Part shown: positions 39,234 to 51,741 of the stretch, piece after piece | Layout of the letters: each line of letters starts with the position of its first letter | Position numbering within the stretch: the stretch's first letter is position 1 | From: Octopus sinensis | Lineage: Eukaryota | Length of the DNA: 64,000 bases | Assembly: GCF_006345805.1 (NCBI RefSeq) | Contig: NC_042999.1 | Coordinates: 76,694,001 to 76,758,000 of the forward strand | Direction of reading: 5' to 3' | Position numbers and translations under genes: made by a program | Notes under the pieces: model-generated | What the model saw: only the letters and a program-made list of their open reading frames with translations | The model's database searches: none | What the model was told of the DNA's origin: nothing

Positions 39234-40545
39234 GTATGAATTTCTCTTGTCATGTCGTCTATTTTCCTCAGGGATACTTCGATTTTTATATGTTTTGTGT
39301 AGGGAGACCACAGCGGACAAAAGGATTCAATGTAAGGAGGGGCGAGGGTGGGGAAGAGTAATGGTAGCGGTGTCATACAAATCTGCACATACATACATAC
39401 ATGCGTACATGCATACATACATTAATACATACATACATACATACATACATACATACATACATACATACATACGAACAAAACTACCCTGCTGTTGATGTTG
39501 AAACTCCAATGAAGGAACCTTGGATCTAGGTTAGAAACTGGTTCTTACACTATTGGCAAGAAATCTTCAATAATGACATACACGCGCGCACGCACGCACA
39601 CACACACACATACATACGAAATTTCCTTAATCTTAATACTGATTTTCGAGTCGCCATTTATTTAAATATTTGAATAATCAGTAACCTGAGATTCAGATAT
39701 ATCAGTCGAGAAGCTTCAGTTTCTCAGGAAATGTTCCAACCCAAATCCTAATGAAATGTACATAATTTATTTTATAGACTGAGGATTCCTTTCTTTGTAA
39801 ACACAAATATTCACCAATCTCTATCTATCTATTTATTTCTCTGTGTATGTGTGTGTGCGTGCGTGAGTGTACGTATGTGTGTGAATGCATGCATATATTT
39901 ATAAGTATTTATGTATATTCACTTCATGATATGATAATTCTTCCACTTGACTTTTAGACAAATATACGGAATCTTAAATGTATGGAACGAGAATATTACC
40001 AAATATGTTTATACTAAAGGGCCTCCAATGCAGAGGGATATTTATTTCTATTTCCTATTGTCAGAAGAAAAGGAAGTGCTATATCTATTTTCTATTCTTC
40101 TACCTTGTTCTTTGTAACTTCTGTTAATTTGTCTACTTTTCTCCTTATTTGTGTGTGTGCGTGCGTGCGTGAGTGTGTGTGTATGTGTGCGTGTAGGGGG
40201 GACTGTAGTTTGTGTTCCATATTGTATTCTAGTTTCTGATCAGCCTTGATTGTGCATGCGAATAATTAAAAGCGTACAAGGCAGAAAGTCTCATTTATTC
40301 AGTCATAGTGTATCTAGGATTATGCTGTCCAATGCATTTTCTTATTCTTAATATTTTCCGGTGTGATTTGAGGGGAACTTTACTGCTATTTCTCATCAAT
40401 TCAGAGGAAGCACACATCGACATATTGTTGTTGTTGTTGGTGTTGCTAAGTAACAAGACGGGTAAGGGTAATTAGGTGATGGTCTAGGGCTTAGGGGCGG
40501 GAGACCCCAGACCTTGGAAAAAAAACTTTGGTCGTCTTGTTGTAG

Positions 40546-40635
40546 TCGAGGGCTCTTCGTTGACGCCCGACACCACTGGGAGGTGGCCCTCAAAGTCGCT
40601 GGAAATGGAGATCTCCAGGTCCAAATTCTTGAACG
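40546..40635 (+). CDS. Candidate exon of gene 1, (S)RGLFVDARHHWEVALKVAGNGDLQVQILE(R)
   Basis: Acceptor gtcttgttgtag|, phase 2. Codon-position pattern (GC-rich position 1, AT-rich position 2) is coding-like. The donor is uncertain: 40618, 40635 or 40654. Confidence 0.55.
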
Positions 40636-41147
40636 GTTGTTGCTGTTGTATGTAGTAAAGTCGCTTACATTTTGGAAGAAGTGACTGTAACTGTTTTTGA
40701 TCTATTGGGAAATTATCAAGCAATAGCAACTGCATCAACAACATCAGGAATTATCACAAAATGCAGCAAGAGAGTAAGAGAGTGAAACTGTTGTAACAGC
40801 GTCAACACTAACAATACCGAAATTAACTTTTAGCAATATTTCAATGTTCTACCCAGCCACAACACCCTTCTTATTCTCATTTTCCGCCTTATATACATAG
40901 GCACACAGAGAGTAGACATACATACAGATATACACACACGTCTGCGTGTATATGGCTGACGACTAGCATCACGCTTGAAACTCAAGAGTACCAAGGAATT
41001 TGAATCAAACTGTTTTGACCCATACATGTGACTCCCAATAAATTGGTTGAGTGCCTGTCTTTCGTTTGCCCACTAACACATATATGTGTGTGTGTGTGTG
41101 TGCGTGCGTGCGTGTGTGCGTGCGTGCATGCGTGCGTGCGTGCGTGG

Positions 41148-41189
<42 letters not shown>

Positions 41190-41561
41190 GTGTGGCATAC
41201 TAGCAGAATGGCTATATCTTCGGACAAAATTACCAACGTAAAACAATTTGGGTTTATGCCCTCTAAATTCGAATCCTGCCTGTCTACTTGTCGGGCTTAA
41301 CTTCTTTCTTCTAGTCTAGTGGTGAAATTTGAACAATGTCATGTACGCTTTGTACGTTTATGAAATAAAACTGGCCGTGTATGTGTGTGTGTGTGTGTGT
41401 GCATGGGTAGTAATGTGGGCAAAATATAGTCTAGTTACGATTATATAGAAGAAAAATTAAGTATAGGTGGTAGGTAGAATGCACAAGTGAAGACACAAGC
41501 ATGGAAGCCATTTTTCCTTCATCTGTTATTGATCGAAGCAATTTCAGCACTTTAGCAACAG

Positions 41562-41647
41562 GATTTCGCCCATCGGAGACCTAGCAATAAATGTTATTGG
41601 AGAACAAGGACAGGACGACAAGTATATGAAAATATACGAACAATTAG
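41562..41647 (+). CDS. Candidate exon of gene 1, (R)ISPIGDLAINVIGEQGQDDKYMKIYEQL(D)
   Basis: Tandem acceptors at 41548, 41556 and 41562 all fit this frame; donor ttag|gtacaa, phase 1. Confidence 0.6.
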
Positions 41648-42545
41648 GTACAATAAATATTTAAATCTGCCAACCTAATGAGAAGTTAGTTTGTACAACT
41701 AAGACAAATATAACACAAGACGAAGTCACAAAAATATAAAACAGTGAATGTCTTTCGACTGGGTTTTCCTCTACGCAATCCAATATTACTCTTGAGTAAA
41801 GAAAAATTTAATTACACTACAAACAAGTCAAACAGACATGTATACATTCTCAGTTAACACACATACAAGTATAAATATATGTATACAAGGCGATACCCAG
41901 CATGACCGAACTTTAATAATTGAAACAAGGAATAAACAAACATACTTGTATATTTGAGTGTTTGTATATACATACATACATACATACATACATACATACA
42001 TACATACATACATACATACATACATACATACATACACACATACATACATACATATGTACTGCCTCTGCTCTTGCTTATACCATTATTGACATTTTGTATG
42101 TTCAAGAGTATACACATCAACGTTGATTTTACAATACCCTGAAATAATTATCCCCCATTTTATACTTTAGCAACGCCTTCATTTTCTGTATACTCGTCGT
42201 ACACATATGAATGCTTGTGAATGTGCGTATGTGTGCTTGCATGTTTATATCTGCGGCAATGTGCAATATAATTAAATATTTCTTTACTCAGAATGTTACC
42301 TCTAAACATCCACATGTGTATGTGCGGTGTATCTGCGTGCATGTGTATATGTCTGTGAATGGGTACATGCTTCTGTTAAGTGTGTGGGTATATGGTATAA
42401 GTGGGGTTTTTTTTCTTTTAATATGATAGCTTTTTCCCAGTTGTTCCTAATCAACTAATTGAAAAGACAAAACACGTTAATTAGAAAACAAGTAATTATC
42501 AAAATTTTTAAATCGTATTGTGTCGTAATGATGGTTTCTTTACAG

Positions 42546-42583
42546 ACAAGGTAGCAGCACTAGCTGATCTAATTACAGTGTAA
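42546..42583 (+). CDS. Candidate terminal exon of gene 1, (D)KVAALADLITV*
   Basis: Acceptor ggtttctttacag|, phase 1, TAA at 42581-42583; ends in T-x-V. Confidence 0.6.
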
Positions 42584-42989
42584 TTTAGTAGTAGAGCCGA
42601 CCGATACGCTGTTGGGTCAGGAGGGGATTGTACCATTTCAGTCGTTTTCTGCTCGCTAGTGAGAAACGGAATGGGATTAGAAGGTGGAGAGTGGGGTGGG
42701 ATGGCGGGCGAATTGGATAGATTGATTGCTGAATGATTGCATATTTGATTGATGAACAGTTAGTTGGTTGCAAGCGTAAGGGTAGATATATGATCGAAAT
42801 ACAAGTGACACTTAGCCAGATGTATTAGTTTAACAGAAAGAGCTAGACAGATGTGTGTGTATGCGCGCGCACACACACACACACACACATATAAGATAGA
42901 GATAGAGACAGAAAGACATAGACCCATACAAATAAACTGAAAAATAAATCGATCCATCCATAGATTGATAGAAACATTGAGATAGATAT

Positions 42990-43081
<92 letters not shown>

Positions 43082-44006
43082 ATAGATAGATGGACGGACG
43101 GACGGATGGATGGTGTTTAGATTTTGCAGTTGTTTGTGTGTTTTTTTTGGGGGGTGTTTCTTTTGTTTTTGTTTTTTTTTGTTTTTTAGAAGTGAATGTT
43201 TGCTATCACTGGGACTAGATTCTTTAATATTATATTGACACGATGCTTCGCATTAACAGAGGAAGAGAAAAGAAGAAGGAGAAAATGTTCTGCTTCGTGC
43301 CGTTCACAATGGTTTAAGCAATGTCAGTGAAGCGGTTCCAGCGCTTTATTTCAAACTTTTATACTGCTGAGTATTTTTGTATAGTTATTCATGGCGTTTT
43401 CTGATTCTTCATCTAAATTCTCCTCGTTTATGATCTTCATCATTTATTTGAAGAGCGGGTATGATAGAACCACTTTGAAAGAGACAATAGATACGTATTT
43501 CATATAAAGTTATACTTAACATCCCTGTATCAAAACGACGCGGGGGAAAAAAGCTTTCTGGTAATGGCCACAATGTCACGCTGATACATTTTTAACAGAA
43601 GTAATGTCAGGATGACAGTGTCACAAAGCTCAAAATTCCCAGACACAGGTCATGACGTTATACCAATTGTCTGGTGACATAATGGCAAAACTTATGTTGA
43701 CAATGGATAAAGTCGATTTTATTGAATTTTGTTTTTGCTTTTTTTATATATTCGACAAAATGTTCCGGGTTTTGCTTGTTATACTTAGGTTGTTTTGGCT
43801 TTATAAGTTATAAGATTATGAGTATTTTGAGGCAACGCTTACTATTAATTATATATATAAATCAAGCCCCTCAGTACTTAGAATGGTATGTTTAGTTGCT
43901 CTATCTAGTAAGTGTGAAGTTAAAATTTTCAGTTTTTACCTCACTTTAGTGCGTATATTTACACGAGTATACACAAGAACAGACACACACATATATTATA
44001 TATTAC

Positions 44007-44041
<35 letters not shown>

Positions 44042-44271
44042 CAGACGACAGACAGACAGACAGACAGACAGAGAGAGGGGGGGAGAGACAGAAAGATAAA
44101 AATCACAGTGGCCGAGATGAAGAAGGTAGTCAGCGACGACAAAAATTAACAATGACGTCCTAGAAATTCATTAAATTCGTATGCAGCTGTAAAATGAATT
44201 CAATGTCTTTCTCTCTCTCTCTCTCTCTCTCACTCTTTCTGTATGTGTATGTATGTACATCTCTCTCTCAT

Positions 44272-44346
<75 letters not shown>

Positions 44347-44422
44347 ATTATTATTAGTAGTAGTAGTTTTATTATTATTATTTTTATTATTTGATTGAAC
44401 GCCACGCATCCATTTCCATGTA

Positions 44423-44473
<51 letters not shown>

Positions 44474-44744
44474 ACACAGCTTGTATAATTTGTAAGATTT
44501 AATTTAATATTTCCTTTAATTTAATATTAAGATCTAATTAGATATTTCTTAACGAAGTCAAGCAGTTTTTCAATGTTCATTCCTTTATTCCTGTTACCCG
44601 AGAGTTATTGCTAGTAAGCTTAGAATGCATTTTAGTCGTTTCGTATATTTTTTCGTATTTTGTACCTTTTAGAAAATAAAAGGCATTAAATCACATCACA
44701 TGAAATGGTATATGTATATGTGTGTGTATATATATTTATGTATA

Positions 44745-44777
<33 letters not shown>

Positions 44778-44796
<19 letters not shown>

Positions 44797-44850
44797 AAAG
44801 GCGGTGCTCCAGCATGGCCACAGTCAAATGACTGAAACAAGTAAAAGAGA
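44778..44850 (+). mobile_element. SINE family A 3' fragment
   Basis: aaggcggtgctccagcatggccacagtcaaatgactgaaacaagtaaaagag. Confidence 0.8.
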
Positions 44851-44939
44851 ATGTGTGTGTGTGTATGTATGTATGTACATATATGCAGGTGGACAAGCCC
44901 TATACTGTACTCTACCACGTTACTAACGGAATAGGGCAT

Positions 44940-45023
<84 letters not shown>

Positions 45024-45490
45024 GTTTTCTCCCCTATCGTTTTCTCTTTTATCATTTCTCTAATTCCTTCCTCCCTTACCTTCACCATTTTCTATCTGTC
45101 TGTCTGTCTCTATCTCGCCCTCTCTCTCTTTTCTCTTGCCAAAGAAAATATTTCTCCAGCGCTCGCTATTTTACCCTTTCTGGTCTAACGACCCTCCATG
45201 TTTGTTTTCATTCGGTTTCTTTATATGTCTCCACTGTCCTGTTTTTGTTCCCAACTTTGACTCTCTATAAATCTCAAATTTTATTTTGTTATTTTTGGGG
45301 AGCAACTATCTTCGAAGAATTATATTGTCGTTCAATGCTCGAAATGAGGAGTAGATAGACAGCCGACAACTGATGAAGGGTCGTTCTTTATGTAACTTGT
45401 CCTGTTTTTCATTTGTTTCTCCCGTTGTTTGCGTATTAAACACTTTTGTTTTCGTATTTCATGTCGTTTACTGCTGGTGACGTCCTGTAT

Positions 45491-45532
<42 letters not shown>

Positions 45533-45540
45533 CAGAACAC

Positions 45541-45685
45541 AATAAAGAAGAAACAGACCCCATAAAGCTCAAGAAGCTCAAGAAATCCCGAATAAACGTC
45601 CTACACCCAGATTTGAATGACTTTGCCACGTTGTGTTATTAAGTTAAACATGGCCTGGGCGAATACTGACCGAAACCGATCAAAG
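45541..45685 (+). mobile_element. Penelope-like GIY-YIG tail with decayed hammerhead
   Basis: KEETDPIKLKKLKKSRINVLHPDLN (I..L.P.LN motif), then cctg..ccgaaaccgatc; between microsatellites. Confidence 0.45.
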
Positions 45686-45724
45686 TATACATACATACAT
45701 ACATACATACATACATACATACAT

Positions 45725-45801
<77 letters not shown>

Positions 45802-46723
45802 TATATATTAGGAATCTTCACTTCTTCCACTAACCAGAAAGTTTGATATCTTCAAGTCTAGAATCCCATATAGGTATTTATTGGATGCTTAATAACTCCG
45901 TAATTATAGATGTGTTTTCAGATATTTGACTGTACAGAGATTTGAACACAGCACAGAGCCGTACGGAAATACGTGCACTAAATGTATTGCCCAATAATGA
46001 TTCAATGACAGAATTTTCAGATAACTAAACTGATACCAATGGGACTTACATGTAAGCAATATCCTGATTATAGAACTCTCCCATAAGCGGAGAGATTTTA
46101 GTGTAACATGAGAAATGTCATGGCCATTTAACCTGACCTAATAAGGTCAATAAAGTGAAACGAAAAAAAAATTAAAGTATGTTAGATTGCCGAAGAGAGG
46201 AAACATCTAATGTTTCAAGTAGAGCACTTAATTTTCTAATGACCTCTGCCAGTGACACGATTTCTAGTTTTTATCTTCTAATATAGTTAGATTTATTGTG
46301 ATACATTAAGTTAGTTTCCATATGTTGATATTAATCTCGTAAAAACTTACAGTCATAAACATTTAATATTCTAGAAAATTAACTACAGCTTAATTGTTGA
46401 ATCTATGATTCAGTTGTTGCTAATGTTCTTATCCTTGCTGTTGTTTATCCTCAAGTTAGCCCTGATTGCGCAGAGCTAAATTCGAAGTCTTTTGTATTTT
46501 TACCTTTAGACAATGCATCTAGAATTACATCATCAAATATCCCCCTCCTTTATTACGACGGCTGGATTCAATATAAGAGACATATTGCGGCTATGTCTAT
46601 CAGGTCGAACGACCCCGTAGACGTTCCTCGTTAGTTCGAGTTACGACACTCAGTGCCTAAACATGGTCAGATATGCAATTCCAGTCATACAAGAGGAACT
46701 GTATCAGGAGTACTGGGTGTACA

Positions 46724-47322
46724 GAGCGGCGAGCTGGCAGAAACGTTAGCACGCCGGGCGAAATGTGTAGCCGTATTTTGTCTGTCGTTACGTTGTGAAT
46801 TCAAATTCCGCCGAGGTCGACTTTGCCTTTCATCCTTTCGGTGTCGATAAATTAAGTACCAGTTACGCACTGGGGTCGATGTAATCGACTTAGTACCTAT
46901 GTCTGTCCTTCTTTGTCCCCTCTATGTTTAGCCCCTTGTGGGTAGTAAAGAAATAGGTATTTCCTCTGCCGTTACGTTCTGAGTTCAAATTCCGCCGAGG
47001 TCGACCTTGCCTTTCATCCTTTCGGTGTCGATAAGTTAAGTACCAGTTACGCACTGGGGTCGATGTAATTGACTTAATACCTATGTCTGTCCTTCTTTGT
47101 CCCCTCTATGTTTAGCCCCTTGCAGGTAGTAAAGAAATAGGTATTTCGTCTGCTGTTACGTTCTGAGTTCAAATTCCGCCGAGGTCGACTTTGCCTTTCA
47201 TCCTTTCGGGGTCGATAAATTAAGTACCAGTTACGCACTGGAGTCGATGTAATCGACTTAATACCTATGTCTGTCCTTCTTTGTCCCCTCTATGTTTAGC
47301 CCCTTGTGGGTAATAAAGAAAT
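46724..47322 (+). mobile_element. SINE family B tandem trimer within one TSD
   Basis: ttcaaattccgccgagg recurs at 46800, 46984 and 47168 (184-bp period); aggagtactgggtgt at 46706-46720 and 47323-47337. Confidence 0.9.
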
Positions 47323-48569
47323 AGGAGTACTGGGTGTTCAACATTAAAGGCAGTGCACCAGTATGGACGTAACCAGAGCTTAAATATTTAAAAACATTTA
47401 AAGAGTATTGCAATATTTTATTTCGACAGTAATGTAAAAATGAATAAAATTTCGATGTCATACTCGTCCTTATATGACACGCATCACTGATGTCACTAAC
47501 AATCCGGCTACGAGGTTATTCAGTCTTCTCTTTTCTTTCGTCTATACGACTGAGACGTCGGTCTCTAACTACAAAACAGATTTAGAAGCTATCTTTATCC
47601 CAGTGCTAGCATGCATCCTGACCAAAACAATGATCAGAGAGCCGTGTAGGTCAATTGTGTATAGCTAAACTTCTATCTTATGTTATTTATTTTATCAATC
47701 TACGTTATATGTGTTCATCTTCTGCACTTCACTTTTAAGCTCTATCCAAGCAAATTTGAATGTATATACAACTTTAACGCAAATTATTTCTATTCTAGTT
47801 TCTATTCCATTCTAGTTTACTCTATTCCATTCCATTTCATTCAATTCTTATATACATTACAATACATCACTTAGTCTTTTCAGTGTCACAATACCCGAAG
47901 TTATATAATGTGAAGTAACGTCTCGGATTTTAAAGTTTTCTCATGCAATAAATATTTAGCACGATTACATCGAAAATAAGATCGAATTTTCTTGAAAGTA
48001 TAATCAAGTAATTCTTCAAACTCTCTCAGAGGCAAACTTTCAGACATCAATCGAATTGTCATCATTATTCTCCTGAAGAATGAAATTCCAATTAACCTTA
48101 AATGTAGGCGAAAACATTCCTATTAGATTTTAGGATTCGATAACGAAATTAAAGCAACATTAAAAATTTCTCAAAACCTTCTAAAGATTGGAGAATTTCA
48201 GACTTATAAAGCATCATAATCACTTTTGCAGGCTTCTTAATTTGTATTGCTATATTCACGAGCTGAACGTCTCTCACTACTAAACAGTTTACATACGTCT
48301 AATTATTCCATATAATTTACCTTCAGGAGAAAATTCAATTTATTTGCGTTTACTTCTAAATTTGTAAATAGATTTACTCAGTGTTGTTACTTTGAGAATT
48401 TCTGCAATAAAAGCATTCTTGAAGCTAAAAGAAGCTGCTTCCAAAGTTAACAACTTAGTGACCAAATATTTAGAATATTTCAGAGTAGCTCAGGATAGAT
48501 TCGGCTAGCAATGGCCTAACCATGTCTAATTTAGAAACACAACCCTGATTAGTTGATGTTATATGTAAA

Positions 48570-48765
48570 TTGTTCATCCAAGCAAGTTGTTGTTGTTCAT
48601 TGAAACATATTCTGGTATGGGTCGTTTGTCTAGGATTGTTTCGAGGAATTTGTAGAGATGCCGTTTGAATGTTTTCTTTGATGCTTTGATAAGAATGTTG
48701 AACAAAGCTGAACTGATTGAGGTGAAGAAAGTGGGGCGTGGGGTTTTACCAGGAGACGGGATGAA
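48570..48765 (-). mobile_element. CR1/L2-type LINE 3' end, similar to 38872
   Basis: LFNILIK..KTFKRHLYKFLETILDKRPIPEYVSMNNNNLL. Confidence 0.6.
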
Positions 48766-49530
48766 CTGAAGCACTTGAAATATATTATCACTTCATTGGG
48801 ATGGCACTTTTGGAACATTTGCCATAATAAAATTATAATTATTAAAATCATCTTAATAATTTCATAAGTATAATAATTTTTCAATAATTAAATATAGATA
48901 TTCCCAGTAAATTTGTCGCCGGATATAAAATTGCTCTACGTTCAGCTGCACGGTGATGCAAATTGCGGTTAAGAAATTGTACTAATTCCTTCAGAGAAAA
49001 AGAGTTTTAGTTTCAAGCAGAACAAAATCGCGAGCTAGTTATATTTTACTAATTCAATACAATTGGTTTAACATTTACTTCAAATGTGGAAAACAAAAGC
49101 TCCAAATGTTAAGAGAATTAAGAAGTTACCAATTAGTAATTCATTCTTAGATTTTAAAAAATTGAAGTGTTCTAGATAAAAATATTTACATTCTTTATAA
49201 AATGTAAATCAATTACAACTCCTAAGTCTGTAAATAGTTACTTCTTACAACTTTAGATATCGTTCATATGTCCGAAATTCTAAGGCCACCGAATTTATTC
49301 TTTATCACATCAAATAAGCTACAGAGATTTTTTACTAACGTAGTCGACGTGTATTCGACTATCCTGATGCTTCAAATTTACAAATGAATGAACAGAAAAG
49401 TTACAGATTGAAATGGTAGCAATATTTTAATGCATCAATACATACAGACTATGTCGTTTCTTCTGATACTAACACAAGACAATGAATAAGACTAACTACT
49501 TTCAATACATATACGTATATATATGTATGC

Positions 49531-49581
<51 letters not shown>

Positions 49582-50148
49582 GGGTGGAGATATAAATGAA
49601 GTGAATGGAGATTTAACACTGGTGTAGGATGCAATTAGGTGAAAAATTAATCAATACTGATAGATATTGTGGAATAATATTATATATCTAGAGTTGAGTC
49701 GTCACCCAGAATATCTTGTTCCTGATTTTCAGGCTACAATACGCGCATGTGTGTGCGTGCGTGCTTGCGTTGGGGGCGGGGTGTACACCATGTCCTGTGT
49801 GTTAGTTACGACTATAATGGCAAGCATGCACAAGTGTATGATTTAAGTGCGCGTGAATTCTCAAGTAGAAACAAATTCATCTCCGTTCACCAGTGGATCA
49901 TCCAGGATATCACAACTGATGAGAAGTCTGCCCCAGCACTCGACTGTGAGTTTCTTCTTGATTTATTGAACCAGAAAGGATGAAAATGAAGGTTACCCTC
50001 AGCCTGATCTCAACAGAGTGTGAACAGAAGTAGATATCGTAATGCAGTGTGTGTGTGTAAAAATGCATATACATACTCATACATTCACACAAAACATTAT
50101 ATGTATCTGTGTATGCAAAAGTGTGTGCCAGTGTGTGAATGTGTATGC

Positions 50149-50595
<447 letters not shown>

Positions 50596-50906
50596 TGGAA
50601 GTTGCATGATGGAAGAATCAGTAGCGCGTAAAAGAAAATGCTCGTTGTATTAGGTAATGTCCCTTTGCGTTCCGAGATCAAATCTATTCAAATGATTCTA
50701 ATTTTATTGGTCTCTCCCGAAGTCGATAAAATTAATACCACTCAAGCACTTGAGTTGATGTAATCGAGTATACACTTGAGAAGCAGTTTCTAACCGTGAT
50801 AATAATCAATGATTGGAATAAAGATATTTATCAGCTGATACCCAATGTTATGATTACAGTCCAGTATGAATCTTGAATTATCAGAGAAGTAGACAGCTTA
50901 ATCATA

Positions 50907-50951
<45 letters not shown>

Positions 50952-51741
50952 ATATATATATATCCACGCACACACTTTGCAGAAAAAGTATTTTCGCAAA
51001 CAAAGTATTTTTAGTCAACGGCAACAATGGTTTTCACTTGGTGAAAAAACAGACAATTAGTTGAGACAATATTTTAAGACAAGTCTCATTTAACTTCGCG
51101 TCAAAATCACAATGAAGACACGACAATTCTCAATTGTAATTTAGAAAATCGAAACCAATTAAGAAATATTTTGCTTTCCTGTTTTTACTGTTTTGTGGCT
51201 TTTTGTATTTCTTGTCCGTTTTCGGACAATCTTGAAATCTTTAATATTTTGGTTCATTTATTCCAATTAACAAGTTAATAATCAAATACTAAGCAGAAGA
51301 AAACTTTACCCTAAAATATTTCTACTGAAATCAAGACAAAATTAATTATCGCCAAAAATTAAATTAAATTAATGAAGCATTCAGCAAATTTATTCCGTTT
51401 TGTGTGTATTGACTGATAAGGTTATGTCAAGAAATATGTGACACATTAAGTTATACTACTTAATAACAATATAACAGTGCAGATGTTTCAGTATTTCTCA
51501 TCTCTGCTTCATTTTTCAATCTGATTCCCAATGACACAAGTATGGCTTTGCGGTTAGAAAGTACATTACCTAAACACGTGGTTCCGGATACTTGAGGTAA
51601 GTGTATTCTATGATAGTTTCAGATTGACAAAAACCAGATGAGTGATATTTAGAAAACAAAAGCTGTGCGGAAGCCCTTCGTATATTTTACATGTGTGTGT
51701 GTGTACATATGTATAAATTTTTATATATATATATATATATA

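Noticed and set aside
40484-40744. Minus-strand ORF QQQQPFKNLDLEISISSDFEGHLP...
   Set aside because: Exact antisense of the plus exon that fits both neighbours in phase, and it would need very high GC3 for this genome. Not fully excluded.
42500-42760. Minus-strand Pro/Ser-rich open frame of about 84 codons
   Set aside because: Weak splice sites; explained as antisense of the gene 1 terminal exon and a G-rich 3' UTR.
45365-45400. CTGATGAAGGG hammerhead-like start
   Set aside because: No closing stem II or GAAA downstream.
46724-47322. CRISPR-like or satellite array
   Set aside because: Units are contiguous SINE copies with no unique spacers; eukaryotic context.
49915-49950. CTGATGAG hammerhead-like start
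   Set aside because: No GAAA after the possible stem.
51580-51683. Mariner-type TIR (minus tacgaagggcttcc); similar hints at 35410 and 37090
   Set aside because: Single short ends without partners or transposase motifs.
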